Positions 19,860-34,600 of a DNA stretch of 64,000 bases are shown piece by piece. This stretch comes from an uncultured Pirellulales bacterium (GTDB lineage Bacteria; Planctomycetota; Phycisphaerae; Sedimentisphaerales; Anaerobacaceae): the NCBI GenBank assembly GCA_964536225.1, contig CAZHVR010000003.1, positions 6,102 to 70,101 on the forward strand, in the 5' to 3' direction. Numbering within the stretch: position 1 is the stretch's first letter; each line of letters opens with the position of its first letter. Below the pieces are notes generated by a model, which saw nothing but the letters and a program-made list of their open reading frames with translations, was not told where the DNA came from and ran no database searches. Made by a program: the position numbers and the translations under genes.

Positions 19860-20491
19860 TATTGCAGAAACGGGTTGTCCGCTTTTTCCCTGCCGATTGT
19901 AGTTTTCGGGCCGTGACCCGGATAAACCACTGTTTTCTCGGGCAGGATGAGAAGTTTTTGTTTTATGCCTTCGACAAGTTTTCCCATATCGCCGCCGGGA
20001 AAATCCGTCCTGCCGATGGAACCGGCAAAAAGGGTGTCGCCGACGAATATTACGCCGTCCTGCTCGCAGTAAAGGCACATTCCGCCGGGCGTATGTCCCG
20101 GCGTGTGCATGACACGTAACCTGATTCCCGCCCGGTCGATTTCGTCGTCTTTTTCCACAATACAATCTGCCTTCTCGGCGATGAAGGAGTCGCCGGTCAT
20201 AAGTGATAAATTACCGACCGCATCGCTCAGCAGTTTGGCATCGAGCTTGTGAATATAGGTCGTCATCGCCGGAAATTTTTTACGCAGGGTATCAGCGCCC
20301 GCGATATGGTCAACGTGTCCGTGAGTGATAACCAGCGCCTCCGGCGTCAGCTTATGCCTGTCGAGAAAGACCGTCAAAGGCACGACATCAAGCCCCGTGT
20401 CGATAATAATGCACCTCTGCGCCTGCGAGCTGCTCCGCAGAACGTAGCAGTTGGTCTCGAAATCCCCAAGAACCAGCCGGTCAACTTTCAT
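19859..20491 (-). CDS. MBL-fold metallo-hydrolase (glyoxalase II-like)
   Basis: THGHVDH metal-binding motif. HTPGHTPG and PGH later in the sequence. Confidence 0.88.
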   Translation of the reverse strand: MKVDRLVLGDFETNCYVLRSSSQAQRCIIIDTGLDVVPLTVFLDRHKLTPEALVITHGHVDHIAGADTLRKKFPAMTTYIHKLDAKLLSDAVGNLSLMTGDSFIAEKADCIVEKDDEIDRAGIRLRVMHTPGHTPGGMCLYCEQDGVIFVGDTLFAGSIGRTDFPGGDMGKLVEGIKQKLLILPEKTVVYPGHGPKTTIGREKADNPFLQ

Positions 20492-20659
20492 TCGCTTATA
20501 TTCTTGAAAAGACGTTTTACTGTCGCCTTTTTCGATTCCCGCATTCGGCGGCTAAATTTGATGGTTGATTATTTACCAATATCAGCCATAATCATCAATA
20601 ACAATTCATAAATTCAGTAGCACGGCTATCTTGGCCGTGCCTGTACGGGCTGGACGCTC

Positions 20660-22834
20660 GTGCTACGTATATTTAAGAGGCGCAGAGTGAAGTCATTTAA
20701 ACGCGTATTCGAATATATCTGGCCGCAGTGGCCCCGCATCATCGTTGTCGTCGTAAGCGCGATAGTGGTGTCTGCATTGCTGTCGATTAGCATTATGACG
20801 GCTATTCCGATGCTGAAGGTGATGACGGGCGAGGAAGGACTTCGCGGCTGGCTCGACAGGAAGGCCTGCGAGCTTCGTTACGGGATGACTTTTTTTGTCC
20901 CCCAGAGCGTCGATTTCACACACAATCCGACCAGCAACCTGGCGAATTCCCTGCAGATAACCTCCGTGGTCAAAGACAGTATCGCCGCCCGTGCCGGATT
21001 GAAACCGCAGGAAAAGATTGTCGCTATAGGCAGCACCGGGTCGGCACAAAGCTCCCTTATCAACCTTATGGATTCGCTTGCAAACGCGCCAAGCCCGACG
21101 ACAACGATTACCGTCAGCCGGCTAAATGAAAATACAGGCAAACTGGAACAGGAACAGCTTGCGCTCAATACGACGTGGAAAAACGACCTTCACGGGCGCC
21201 TTGCGCAGCTTGCTCTCAAAGCGGCACATATCGTCCCGATTGAACAGGCGGCAAATGACAAAACCAAAGCTATCGTATTTATAATTATTGTAATCGGTAT
21301 TGTCACGATAATCAGGTGCATAGCAAAATTTTACCAGAGCTACCTTGCTCAAAAAATCGTCCAGGTGGGTATCAACCGGCTCAGGGAAGATGCCTTCCTG
21401 CACGTGATGGGTATGCCGATGAGCTTTTTCGCAGCCGAAAAGCCCAGCGACGTGGTCAGCCGCCTTGTTCGAGATACCGGCGCTATGGGGACCGGCATCA
21501 AGGTGCTGCTTGGCAAGGGGCTTCGCGAGCCGCTCAATGCCGCAGGTATGCTTGCCGCCGCTGCTATCCTCGACTGGCAGCTTTCTCTTATTTTCCTTTG
21601 CGGCGCGCCGCCGACGGTGTGGATGGTTTCATTTCTCGGCAGGAAGATGAAACGGGCCTCGAAAAGGTCCCTTATGGCCTGGTCGCAGATGCTCGCCAAG
21701 CTGCAGGAGGTCATGACGGGCCTGAAAATCGTTAAGGTTTATAACCAGCAGAAATACGAGCATTCGTCTTTCCACGGAATAAATAAAAGATTATTAAAAC
21801 AGCTGTTGAGAATATCGAAGGTGGATTCGGCGACTAGTCCGGTCCTCGAGGTGTTCGGGATGGCGGCCATGTCAGCCGCATTGATAGTTGGGGCAAGCTG
21901 GGTTACCAGCAGCAAGATGGATGGAAGCACATTTCTGGTGATGCTCATTCTGCTGGGAGGCGCTGCCGATGCCGTCCGCAAGACAAGCGATATCTGGAAC
22001 AAAATCCAGGAGGCCGAAGGCGCCGCCGACCGTGTATTTGTTATGATGGATGAGCCGCTGGAAGCTGAAAAGCAGGGCGCCGCTGAGCTGCCGGTGCTCA
22101 GGAATAAAATTGAATTCAATAACGTTGTCTTTACTTATTCCGGCGCCGACCAGCCGGCCCTTAAAGGTATCAATCTTGCCGTGCAGGCCGGACATACAAT
22201 TGCCTTAGTCGGCCCCAACGGCTCAGGAAAAACAACACTGGCAAATCTCATACCCCGGTTTTACGACCCCGGCGGCGGACAGATTCTCATTGACGGAATT
22301 GATATACGGGACGTTACGCTGCGCAGCTTGCGAAATCAGATTGCCCTGATGACACAGCAGATAGTAACCTTCAACGACACTATAGCCGCCAACATCGGCT
22401 ACGGCAAAGCGGACGCAGACAGACAGGATATTGTAGAGGCCGCAAAGAGGGCCTTTGTTCACGAATTCGTAGAGCTTTTGCCTGGCGGCTACGATACCGT
22501 CATAGGCGAGCAGGGCGCCGGACTCAGCGGCGGACAATTACAGAGAATCGCCATAGCAAGAGCCATTCTTAAAAACCCTCCCGTTTTGATTTTCGACGAG
22601 GCGACAAGCCAGATTGATGCCGACAGCGAATCCAAGATTCACAGGGCAATCGAAGAAATTATGCAAAATAGAACAAGCTTCATAATCGCACACCGCTTCA
22701 GCACGATAATAGCCGCCGACGTTATTGTCGTCATGGATAAAGGCCGGATTGTGGCGCAGGGTCAACACGAAGCACTGATGCAAACCTGCCCCCTTTATCA
22801 GCGATTGTACGAGACACAACTGGTAAAGGCATAA
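20660..22834 (+). CDS. ABC exporter, fused permease/ATPase (MsbA-like) with a ~145-aa insertion in the first external loop
   Basis: Walker A GPNGSGKTT, signature LSGGQLQR, Walker B VLIFDEATS, H-loop IIAHR. GTG start at 20660 (alternative GTG at 20687). Confidence 0.9.
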   Translation: MLRIFKRRRVKSFKRVFEYIWPQWPRIIVVVVSAIVVSALLSISIMTAIPMLKVMTGEEGLRGWLDRKACELRYGMTFFVPQSVDFTHNPTSNLANSLQITSVVKDSIAARAGLKPQEKIVAIGSTGSAQSSLINLMDSLANAPSPTTTITVSRLNENTGKLEQEQLALNTTWKNDLHGRLAQLALKAAHIVPIEQAANDKTKAIVFIIIVIGIVTIIRCIAKFYQSYLAQKIVQVGINRLREDAFLHVMGMPMSFFAAEKPSDVVSRLVRDTGAMGTGIKVLLGKGLREPLNAAGMLAAAAILDWQLSLIFLCGAPPTVWMVSFLGRKMKRASKRSLMAWSQMLAKLQEVMTGLKIVKVYNQQKYEHSSFHGINKRLLKQLLRISKVDSATSPVLEVFGMAAMSAALIVGASWVTSSKMDGSTFLVMLILLGGAADAVRKTSDIWNKIQEAEGAADRVFVMMDEPLEAEKQGAAELPVLRNKIEFNNVVFTYSGADQPALKGINLAVQAGHTIALVGPNGSGKTTLANLIPRFYDPGGGQILIDGIDIRDVTLRSLRNQIALMTQQIVTFNDTIAANIGYGKADADRQDIVEAAKRAFVHEFVELLPGGYDTVIGEQGAGLSGGQLQRIAIARAILKNPPVLIFDEATSQIDADSESKIHRAIEEIMQNRTSFIIAHRFSTIIAADVIVVMDKGRIVAQGQHEALMQTCPLYQRLYETQLVKA

Positions 22835-22937
22835 CCGGCCTGATTTCACAGGTGCAGTAAACCGGGCCGTCTTGCCGATGAAAATAGATGTAATGTAAGC
22901 ACTTTCTACACATGGTACGCTTGTAAACGGACTGATT

Positions 22938-23897
22938 ATGATTGACCTCCAAAGACAAAAAATAGCACACGAGCTTTTCAAACGGTACGCGGGCAATCCC
23001 ATACTGACCACGCACAACTGGGCCTACGCCGTAAATGCCGTTTTCAACCCCGGCGTCGTCAGAATAGACGGTGAAACTCTTATGCTGGTCCGATGCGAGG
23101 ATATGCGAGGGTTTTCCCATCTGACAGTCGCCCGCAGCGCAGACGGACTGACCAACTGGAAGGTGGATTCGGCGCCCACAATCGAGGCCGACCACGACTC
23201 ACGTGAGGAAAGATGGGGACTTGAAGACCCTCGCATTGTATGGCTGGAAGAGCAAAAGCAGTTCGCGATTACTTATGTGTCTTTCAGTGAAGGTGGTCCG
23301 GTTGTCTCGCTGGCAATTACGAAAAATTTCAGGACCTTTGCCCGGCTCGGCGGGCTTTTGCCCCCCGAAGACAAGGACGCCTGTCTTTTGCCGCGAAGGT
23401 TCAAAGGCCGCTTCGCGCTGATTCATCGCCCGATTGTCAGAGGTGAAGCGCACATGTGGATTAGCTTTTCACCTGACCTCAAGCACTGGGGCGACCACCG
23501 CGTCCTGATTATGACGCGCTCGGCCTACTGGGATTGTCACCGTGTAGGGCTTGGCTGTCAGCCGATTGAGACCGAGGCGGGCTGGCTTATCTTCTATCAC
23601 GGCGTGCGGGATACCGCCGCCGGCGCAATATACCGCGTCGGGATTGCCCTGCTGGACCTGCACGAACCCTGGAAGGTGCTCAAAAGAAGCGACGAATGGG
23701 TGCTTGGGCCTCAGGCGCCTTACGAACGGGTGGGCGACGTCGGTGATGTAGTGTTTCCCACAGGAGCGGTCATCAATAAAAAAACCAATGAGCTTCGCCT
23801 GTATTACGGCGCCGCTGACTGCGCCGTCGCCGTCGCATCCGCCAATCTCAGCGATATCCTTGATTATGTGATGACCTGCCCTGACGGCGAAAGCTGA
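22938..23897 (+). CDS. Glycoside hydrolase family 130-like protein (beta-mannoside phosphorylase/glycosidase family)
   Basis: Five-bladed-propeller GH130-type motifs NPGVVRIDGETLMLVRCED, WGLEDPRIVW, LFYHGV and LRLYYGAAD. Confidence 0.8.
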   Translation: MIDLQRQKIAHELFKRYAGNPILTTHNWAYAVNAVFNPGVVRIDGETLMLVRCEDMRGFSHLTVARSADGLTNWKVDSAPTIEADHDSREERWGLEDPRIVWLEEQKQFAITYVSFSEGGPVVSLAITKNFRTFARLGGLLPPEDKDACLLPRRFKGRFALIHRPIVRGEAHMWISFSPDLKHWGDHRVLIMTRSAYWDCHRVGLGCQPIETEAGWLIFYHGVRDTAAGAIYRVGIALLDLHEPWKVLKRSDEWVLGPQAPYERVGDVGDVVFPTGAVINKKTNELRLYYGAADCAVAVASANLSDILDYVMTCPDGES

Positions 23898-23989
23898 ACA
23901 ACCGGAATAGAAATTGAAACTGTTGCTGTCTGTGTCGAATATATCGCCCCGGCCTACGGGAGCTTGAACTGCTTGTAGAATTGTATCGT

Positions 23990-25129
23990 ATGTATAAAAT
24001 CGTGAAAATTGTGGGCCGCTTAAAACTTACGATTGCTAAGCTTGTTCTGTCCGCAGCAGTAATTTGCCTTGTGCTCGGCGGGCGTGGTCAGGCCGCTGTT
24101 GAGTCAGCTATGCCGGTTACGGCTTCATCGCAGAATCCCGAACCGTCCGAACAACAGAAGTCAAAGGTGCTGCGAGGTATAGGCCAGGACTGGATTCTGG
24201 TCGGTTTGACCCAATACAATAGAGGTCTTTACCATCAGGCCGAAGAATCGTTCCTCAACGCCGCAGAATTTCAGGAATATCTGACCGCCGAAGAAAATAA
24301 GCAGCTCAAAGAGCATCTGGGGCAAACTCGCAACGCCGCCACGGAAAAACAGGCCGTGCTGGAACGTGTAAAAATCGCCAACGACCTGCTCAGTCAGGGC
24401 CAGCCAATCAAAGCAAGGGCCTATTATGAGCAGGTGCGTAACAGCCCTTACCTTACCGACCAGCAGCGCAGTCAAATCGCAGATGAGATTCAAAACGTAG
24501 ATGAAAATTTCGACAAGCAGATGAAGGAAATTACCAAGCTGTACAACCGAAGCGTGGAGCTTTATCGCACCGGCGAGTTTGAAAAGGCCAGAGAGGGTTT
24601 CGCCGATGTTGCCAGATACGGCCAGTACGTCGCTCCCGAAGGCCGGTCTGCCGAAGATTATCTGCTTCAGATAGATAATATTCTCACCGAGCGGTTTAAG
24701 CAGCGCTCATCCGCCGAATCGACTCCTCCGCCTGTATCGCAATCTGCTGTGCCCCCGGCGCAAAAACCACAAAATAGCGGACCTGCTGCTCTCGCGATAA
24801 GTAATCAGCCGGCTCAAAGCGACCAGCAGCGAGCGGCTGAGGTCGCAGCGATTTCCGAACCGGCACCGGCGCAACCCGAACCTGACGTCGAAGCAAGGGC
24901 AAAAATCCTTCGCACATACACAAAAGCCGTGGTCGAAGATACCGTAGCCCAGGTCCAGAAGCACATCGTCCGGCGCGACTTCGACAAGGCTATCGATTCT
25001 GTCCGCAACGCGACCGGCGTCGTCAGTAAAAATCGTTCCTTTATCGGCGATAAGTTGTTTGCAAAGTATAGCATCCTGCTCAAACAGCTTACCGATAAAA
25101 TCATCGAGGCCCAAAAGGCACCGCAATAA
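23990..25129 (+). CDS. Exported/anchored helical protein, paralog of the N-terminal third of the downstream secretin
   Basis: N-terminal hydrophobic segment LTIAKLVLSAAVICLVLGG. Residues ~55-175 and the last ~70 aa align by eye with secretin residues ~45-165 and ~250-320. A Pro/Gln/Ala-rich linker lies between them in both proteins. Start uncertain (TTG 23981, ATG 23990, GTG 24001). Confidence 0.7.
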   Translation: MYKIVKIVGRLKLTIAKLVLSAAVICLVLGGRGQAAVESAMPVTASSQNPEPSEQQKSKVLRGIGQDWILVGLTQYNRGLYHQAEESFLNAAEFQEYLTAEENKQLKEHLGQTRNAATEKQAVLERVKIANDLLSQGQPIKARAYYEQVRNSPYLTDQQRSQIADEIQNVDENFDKQMKEITKLYNRSVELYRTGEFEKAREGFADVARYGQYVAPEGRSAEDYLLQIDNILTERFKQRSSAESTPPPVSQSAVPPAQKPQNSGPAALAISNQPAQSDQQRAAEVAAISEPAPAQPEPDVEARAKILRTYTKAVVEDTVAQVQKHIVRRDFDKAIDSVRNATGVVSKNRSFIGDKLFAKYSILLKQLTDKIIEAQKAPQ

Positions 25130-25573
25130 TCAAAAGCTGATATCACATCTCAAACTACTCTGTAAAAATTACTAACTTTGTTATGCCGAATGCAGAACGT
25201 TCTTAATGATGCTGTATGCTCCTTTTCAAGGTTAATCCCAAAACTTGCAAATCTTGTCATATTACCCTAATTAACAGCCGATTTAGCGGCAAAATTTTCT
25301 ATTTTAACAGGCAAAACAAATTGCCTCATTTAGCAAAAAAAGCTTGATTTCAGTGCTGCTGTATGCAATAATATAGGACTCTGAATGAGTCGCTGGCTTT
25401 AGTTGCCTCTGAATACACGTCAGGGAAGATTTTTTACTTGAAAAAATGGGGGTTTTTGTATAAACTGACTATCAGAGGTATAACCTTTCCTAAAGCGGCG
25501 GGTATAGACATTAGTAGTTTTTAGGAAGTATGAATAACCCTGTAAAATAACAGTATTTTGGAGGAGGTCGGCT

Positions 25574-28645
<3,072 letters not shown>

Positions 28646-28697
28646 ATTAATAACTTAGGGAAAAGTAAAAATCGATTTACTTTGTACGAGGTTTGTT

Positions 28698-31600
28698 ATG
28701 ATACGCAAGTTCGTGTTGTGTGTGGCGGTCTTGTTGACCGCGACTTCTTTGTTATCAGCCCAGCAGCCCGTCTATAAGCCGGGCGTCGTGCTCGTCAGAT
28801 TCGCAGACGTTGACAACAAACCTCCGACCACGACAATTAAAAACGATACATTGAATTCACTTCTTGGCTCCAGTGGTACCCGCGTCAAGCACGAATACTC
28901 CCTCGTCAGGGGTTTGACACAAGTGTCCTTGCCAGCCGGCGTCCCGGTCGAAAATGCCTTAGGTTCCCTTAGACAGTCCCCGTCAATTTTATACGCTGAG
29001 CCGATATACAAACTTGAATTATGTGCCGTACCCGACGATACGAGGTTTGGCGAGTTATGGGGGATGAATAACACCGGCCAATCAGGCGGAACAGCAGATG
29101 CCGACATCGATGCGCCCGAAGCGTGGAATATCTCCACGGGCTCCAGCAACATTATAGTTGCAGTCACTGATACAGGCGTCGATTACAACCACCCGGACCT
29201 GTCGGCTAATATATGGCACAATCCTGGTGAAATCCCCGGAAACGGCATCGACGACGACGGCGATGGTTATGTTGATGACGTTTACGGCGTCGATACGGGC
29301 GATAGCGATGGCAACCCAATGGATGACTCCGATGACCCCGGTCACGGCACACACGTCGCCGGAACCATTGGCGCGGTAGGCAACAACGCCAGGGGTGTTA
29401 CCGGTGTCTGCTGGGATGTGAGTATAATGGCTGTCAAAATCGCTGACGCTAATGGCGATCTTTTTACCGATGCGGCCATACGAGGCATTCAGTATGCCAT
29501 CGACAAAGGCGCAAAGGTTATGAATGCTTCCTGGGGCGGTTACGGCTACTCGCAGGCATTATATGACGTGATTGCATCTGCAGGCAGCAACGGAATTGTT
29601 TTTGTGGCCGCGGCCCATAATTACGGCCTTAGCAACGACATTTATCCCATTTATCCCGCAAGTTTTGATCTGGATAATATTATCTCGGTATTGGCAACCA
29701 CGGACACCGACCAAAGGGCCTACTATTCAAACTATGGTCTTATGTCGGTCGATATCGGTGCACCGGGTGGCACCGGATTCGGCGGCACAAGAGACATTCT
29801 CAGTACCCTTCCGAACAACGGATACGGATATATGGCGGGCACCTCAATGGCCTCTCCGCACGTTGCCGGCGCCTGTGCATTGCTGCTATCCATCGACCCG
29901 ACACTCACATACTCCCAGGTAAAGCAAATCCTTCTGGATACGGTTGACCCGACCCTGCCCGGACTTTGCGTCTCCGGCGGACGTATGAATCTGGCCGCGG
30001 CCGCTCAGGAAGCGGTAACTGATACCACCCCGCCCACGCCGGGTGTGGCCGGCTGGGAAATAGCTCCACAGGCAACCGGACGCTACACAATCGCGATGGA
30101 GGCAAAAAATGTTTACGACCGCTCGGGCGTCGAGTATTACTTCGAGTGCGTCAACGATGTAAATATAAACAGCGGCTGGATTTCAAATACCCTGTATAAA
30201 TTTACCGACCCTACAGAAACTATTTTCCAGCCGGGCGGCACATATAGTTTCAGATGCAAGGCACGCGATAAATCACCGCAGCATAATGAGACCGAATGGT
30301 CAAGCGCTCTGTCCGCAACAACGTGCAGCACCGTTTTGGACTCTCTTCCGCCCGCACCCGACCCTGCAAGATGGGCTATATCACCCAAAATTACCCGGTC
30401 CGGAATCTCTATGAAAGCAAAAGGTAAAGGTACTGATGAAAACGGCCCTGAGATGTTCAATTTCTCCGGAAGTTTCAATAGCGGCTGGCAGACCAGCGAT
30501 ACCTTCATTGTCCCATCTTCGAGCCTTGCTATCGGGGTTACCTATCACTTTGAGGTTTCGGTTATGGATTCGCTTGGTAACGAAACAACTAGTTCCGAGG
30601 TGGCCTCAGCGACTTGGGCGACAGGTACGAGGATTCTGAACGTGCCCTCACAATTTGAGACAATTCAGGACGCCATTGATAACGCCAACTACGGCGATAC
30701 TATTGTAGTCAGTCCCTGGCCAAATCCGCCTTATACCTATAGAGGCCGCGGTGAAAATAACTACTACGGCAACCTCAACATCCGATTTCGCGGGAAAAAA
30801 ATAACTGTAAGAAGCATTAATCCTGAAGACCCCAATATAGTGGCCGCAACTATTATCGACTGCCAGGGAACGACGTTCCCCATTGACCCCAACTTCCCGC
30901 GGCGGGCCTTTATTTTCGATGGTGGAGAAGGACCCCAGAGCGTTCTGGCGGGTTTCACCATCAGGAATGCTTATGTAAAAGGCGCTCTGGGCGCAAATGG
31001 CGGAACCATCGATGTCAATGATGTAAACGGACAGGACGGCGGCTATGCATTCGGCGGGGCGATACTTTGCGGCGACCCGAACTACTCTCCAACGCCTTCA
31101 CCAAGCAGTCCCACAATTCGCAATTGTGTCATTGAATACAGCGTTGTAGAAGGAGGCGACGGCGGCTTCGGAACCGACGGTAATGACGGTCTGGACTATC
31201 AAGCTCCTGATGTTAACGGTGAGGGTGGTCAGCCGGCATCCCCTGGCCAAGCAGGCGGATACGGCGGCAGCAGCGGGTTCGCCGCAGGCGGCGGCATATA
31301 TTGTGAACCCGGCAGCAGTCCCACTATACAGAACTGCACCATCAGACATTGCTATGTCCGCGCCGGCATAGCCGGCGACGGAGGCAACGGAGGCAACGGA
31401 GGCAACGACCCCAATCTTGGCCCGGCGCCCGGCGGCGACGCCGGCTGGGGTGGTGGTGTTGCATCAATTTACGGCGGCGGCATCTTCGCCGATTTAGGTG
31501 CTGCTCCCCCGATTATCGGCTGCACGATTACAGATTGTAATTCTATTAACTATTCCCTGCCGGGAACACCCGGCCTGCCGGGAACAGGCAACCCGAACGG

Positions 31601-34600
31601 AAACATCGGCTATTTCTTCAATTATGGTACCGCATATGGCGGCGGTGTATATTATGTAACGGGGATTGCCCCTGTTAATATCAGTTCTTCTACGTTTTCA
31701 CAAAATCAGTCGGCTTCACCCCCGACCGGCATTAACGCTCCTGGCGCAGGTATTTTCTTTGGTGTTTCCGACACGGCAGCTACTACTGTTAGCGATTGTG
31801 TTTTCAATGAAAATGATGCTAACGGCGACGGAGGCGGTATCGCATATTGGGGGGGAAACGGCAATCTGGTTCTTAGAAACTGCGATTTTACTGATAACTT
31901 TGCCGGTTGGGCCGGCGGCGGCCTGGGATTTTGGACAAACGTCCCAGATGTCGTAGGTGTGTATGACTCCAATTTCACCGGCAATACTGCTTTATATGGC
32001 GGAGGAATGTATCTCGATACAACCATACTTACCCTTTCCAATGGAAAACTCCTAAATAATGAGGCCCAGGAGGGTGGTGCAATCTGGGGATACGACTGTG
32101 ATGTTGATATAAGCTCCTCTGAAATAACAGGCAACTCCGCAGTTGCACCATCGGCGATTGCAGGCGGGCTTGGCGGCGGAATGGCCTTCTGGAACAGCTA
32201 TGGGTCTGTCACAGATTCCGTAATGCAGTCCAATACTGCCGACGATACCGGAGGAGCAGTATTTGTGGCCGGCTGGAGCGATCCAATGCAGTTCAAAAAT
32301 TGCCTTATAGCCGATAACAGTGCATTATACGCAGGGGGCGGCCTCGCGGCCCATATAAGCGGATGGGCACAACTGTTTAACTGCACGGTCGTGGACAACC
32401 AGGCAAACGGCCTATACGGCACCGGCGGCGGCATAAGCTGCGAGGAAGGTCTGGCTGAAGTTGACCTCTATAACAGTATCGTATGGGGCAATTCCGCGAA
32501 CTACGACACCTTCGGTGGTCGGCAAATTGCCGTAGGTTCGTATTATCCCACTTACAGCGACCCCACCGCAGATGTCTATGTCAATTACACAGACGTCGAA
32601 GGCGGCGAAGGACAGGTCTTCATAAATGACCCCTTACATCAGGCCGTCTGGTGGCAGCAAAGCAACCTCGACACAGACCCGCTGTTCGCGAGCACCAGAG
32701 TCGATGAGCCGACCTACTATCTCAGCCAAATCGCGTCAGGCCAGTTGGTCAACAGCCCCTGTGTCGATGCGGGTAACAACACTGCGGCAAATCTCGGCCT
32801 TGATACATTAACAACCCGGACCGACCAGACACCCGATAGCGGTATCGTCGATCTGGGCTATCACTACCCGCCCGAAGAGATGACCGGAAAATATCAATTG
32901 ACCATTCAGGTCTATGTCTTTGACCCCAGTTACGGCGGTTACGGCCGGCTTAAAGCCGAAAGTGACGGTGATAATCCGTTTTCTATTTACGACTCTAATA
33001 CAATCCTGGTAAATCAGGGAACCGTTGTTAACCTGACGGCAGAGCCAAACGAAAGTTTTAGAGTCCAGTACTGGGACGGCACCGACAATGACGGCTCAAC
33101 GGCGGCAAACAATGCCGTTACTATGAATTCCGATAAAACGGTGGTCGTCGCTTTCGAGCCGGATGGACAGTATTTTCTGACTGTTACCGTTATAGGCAAT
33201 GGAACAGTCGATCCGAACGGCCGAACCCTGCGGACGCCCGGAGAGCTTGTGGCGCTTACTGCAACGCCGGACAATCCCTCGGACGCAATTATCTGGACCG
33301 GAACCGACAATGATAATTCAGGGGCCGGGACAAACAGTGTAACTATGAACGGGCACAGGAACGTTACCGTTAAGTTCTACTCGCCGAGAGTTCTCTATGT
33401 CGGAGGCGACACCGGCTATCCGACGATTCAGGCGGCTATCGACGACGCACAAGACAGGGACATAATCCAGCTTATGCCGTCGGGTCAGCCCTATTACACT
33501 CAGTGGGGCTATGAAATAATCGGCAGAAATATTACTATAACAAGCGTTGACCCCACAGACCCGGATGTAGTTGCCTCAACTGTTATCCAGTTCGCCTCCG
33601 GGCAAAATGTTACTATTACGCCGGCATTTTACTTTCAGGACGTAAGTCCTCTTATGCGGCTTCAGGGCCTTACAATAAGGGGATTTTCTGTTTACCAGGG
33701 AACTGGTTTTGACGGCAACCCGCAGCAGAACGGCCATTATGACGGTCAACCCGGCGGGACAGACGGAGGGTATGGTATTTACTGCCTCGATGCCTCTCCA
33801 ACCATTGAGAATTGTGTAATAGATAATTGCCACAATCGTGGCGGCAACGGTGGAAACGGCGCAGGCGGCGATGAAAACCATCCAAATGGCGGCAACGGCG
33901 GCTGGGGCGGCGGTGCCTACGGCGGCGCGATATACTGCAACGCTTACAGCAGCCCCAGATTCATAAACTGCACATTCTCCAACAATAGCGCAACGGGAGG
34001 CAGCGGCGGCGACGGCGGAAATGCTGCCAGCCCCCCAAATAGCGGAAGAGGCGGCCGTGGCGGAAGCTGGTACTATGGATATAATCCGTTTTCACCGTGG
34101 GACTGGTCGCCACCGCCGGTCGATATTTACGACCTGCCCAAAAACTACAGCGGTCTGGGCGGTGCGGTTTATGTCGGCTTCGGCTGTGAGCCCATCTTTG
34201 AAAGTTGCTCCTTTATCAATAACCGTGCCGCAGGCGGAGTAAACGGAATCTGCGGCGAGAACACCTACACCGCTACAGATGAGCCGAGCGTACGCTACAA
34301 GATAGATAATCTCGGCGGCGCAGCTTATATCGATGAAGGCGGAACCGCTGAATTCAAAAACTGCACCTTTACAGGCAATACCGCCGACCCCAACAAGTTA
34401 CCGGCCAGCAACGATTCATTTGTCGGCTTCGGCGGGGCAATAGGTGTCGAAAAAGGCGCTTCAGTAATTCTTGATAACTGCCATTTCAGCAACAATATAA
34501 GCGACATCGGCGGCGGACTTTACTCGGATTCGTCATATCCGGACATTAACGACAGCAGCTTTTCTGAAAATTTGGCCTATCACGGCGGCGCCATATTGGT

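Noticed and set aside
18930-20165. Full 411-aa ORF for the EamA transporter
   Set aside because: The first 102 residues are extremely Arg-rich and overlap the MBL hydrolase gene in another frame. The start at 19859 gives a normal transporter N-terminus and a 1-nt stop/start overlap.
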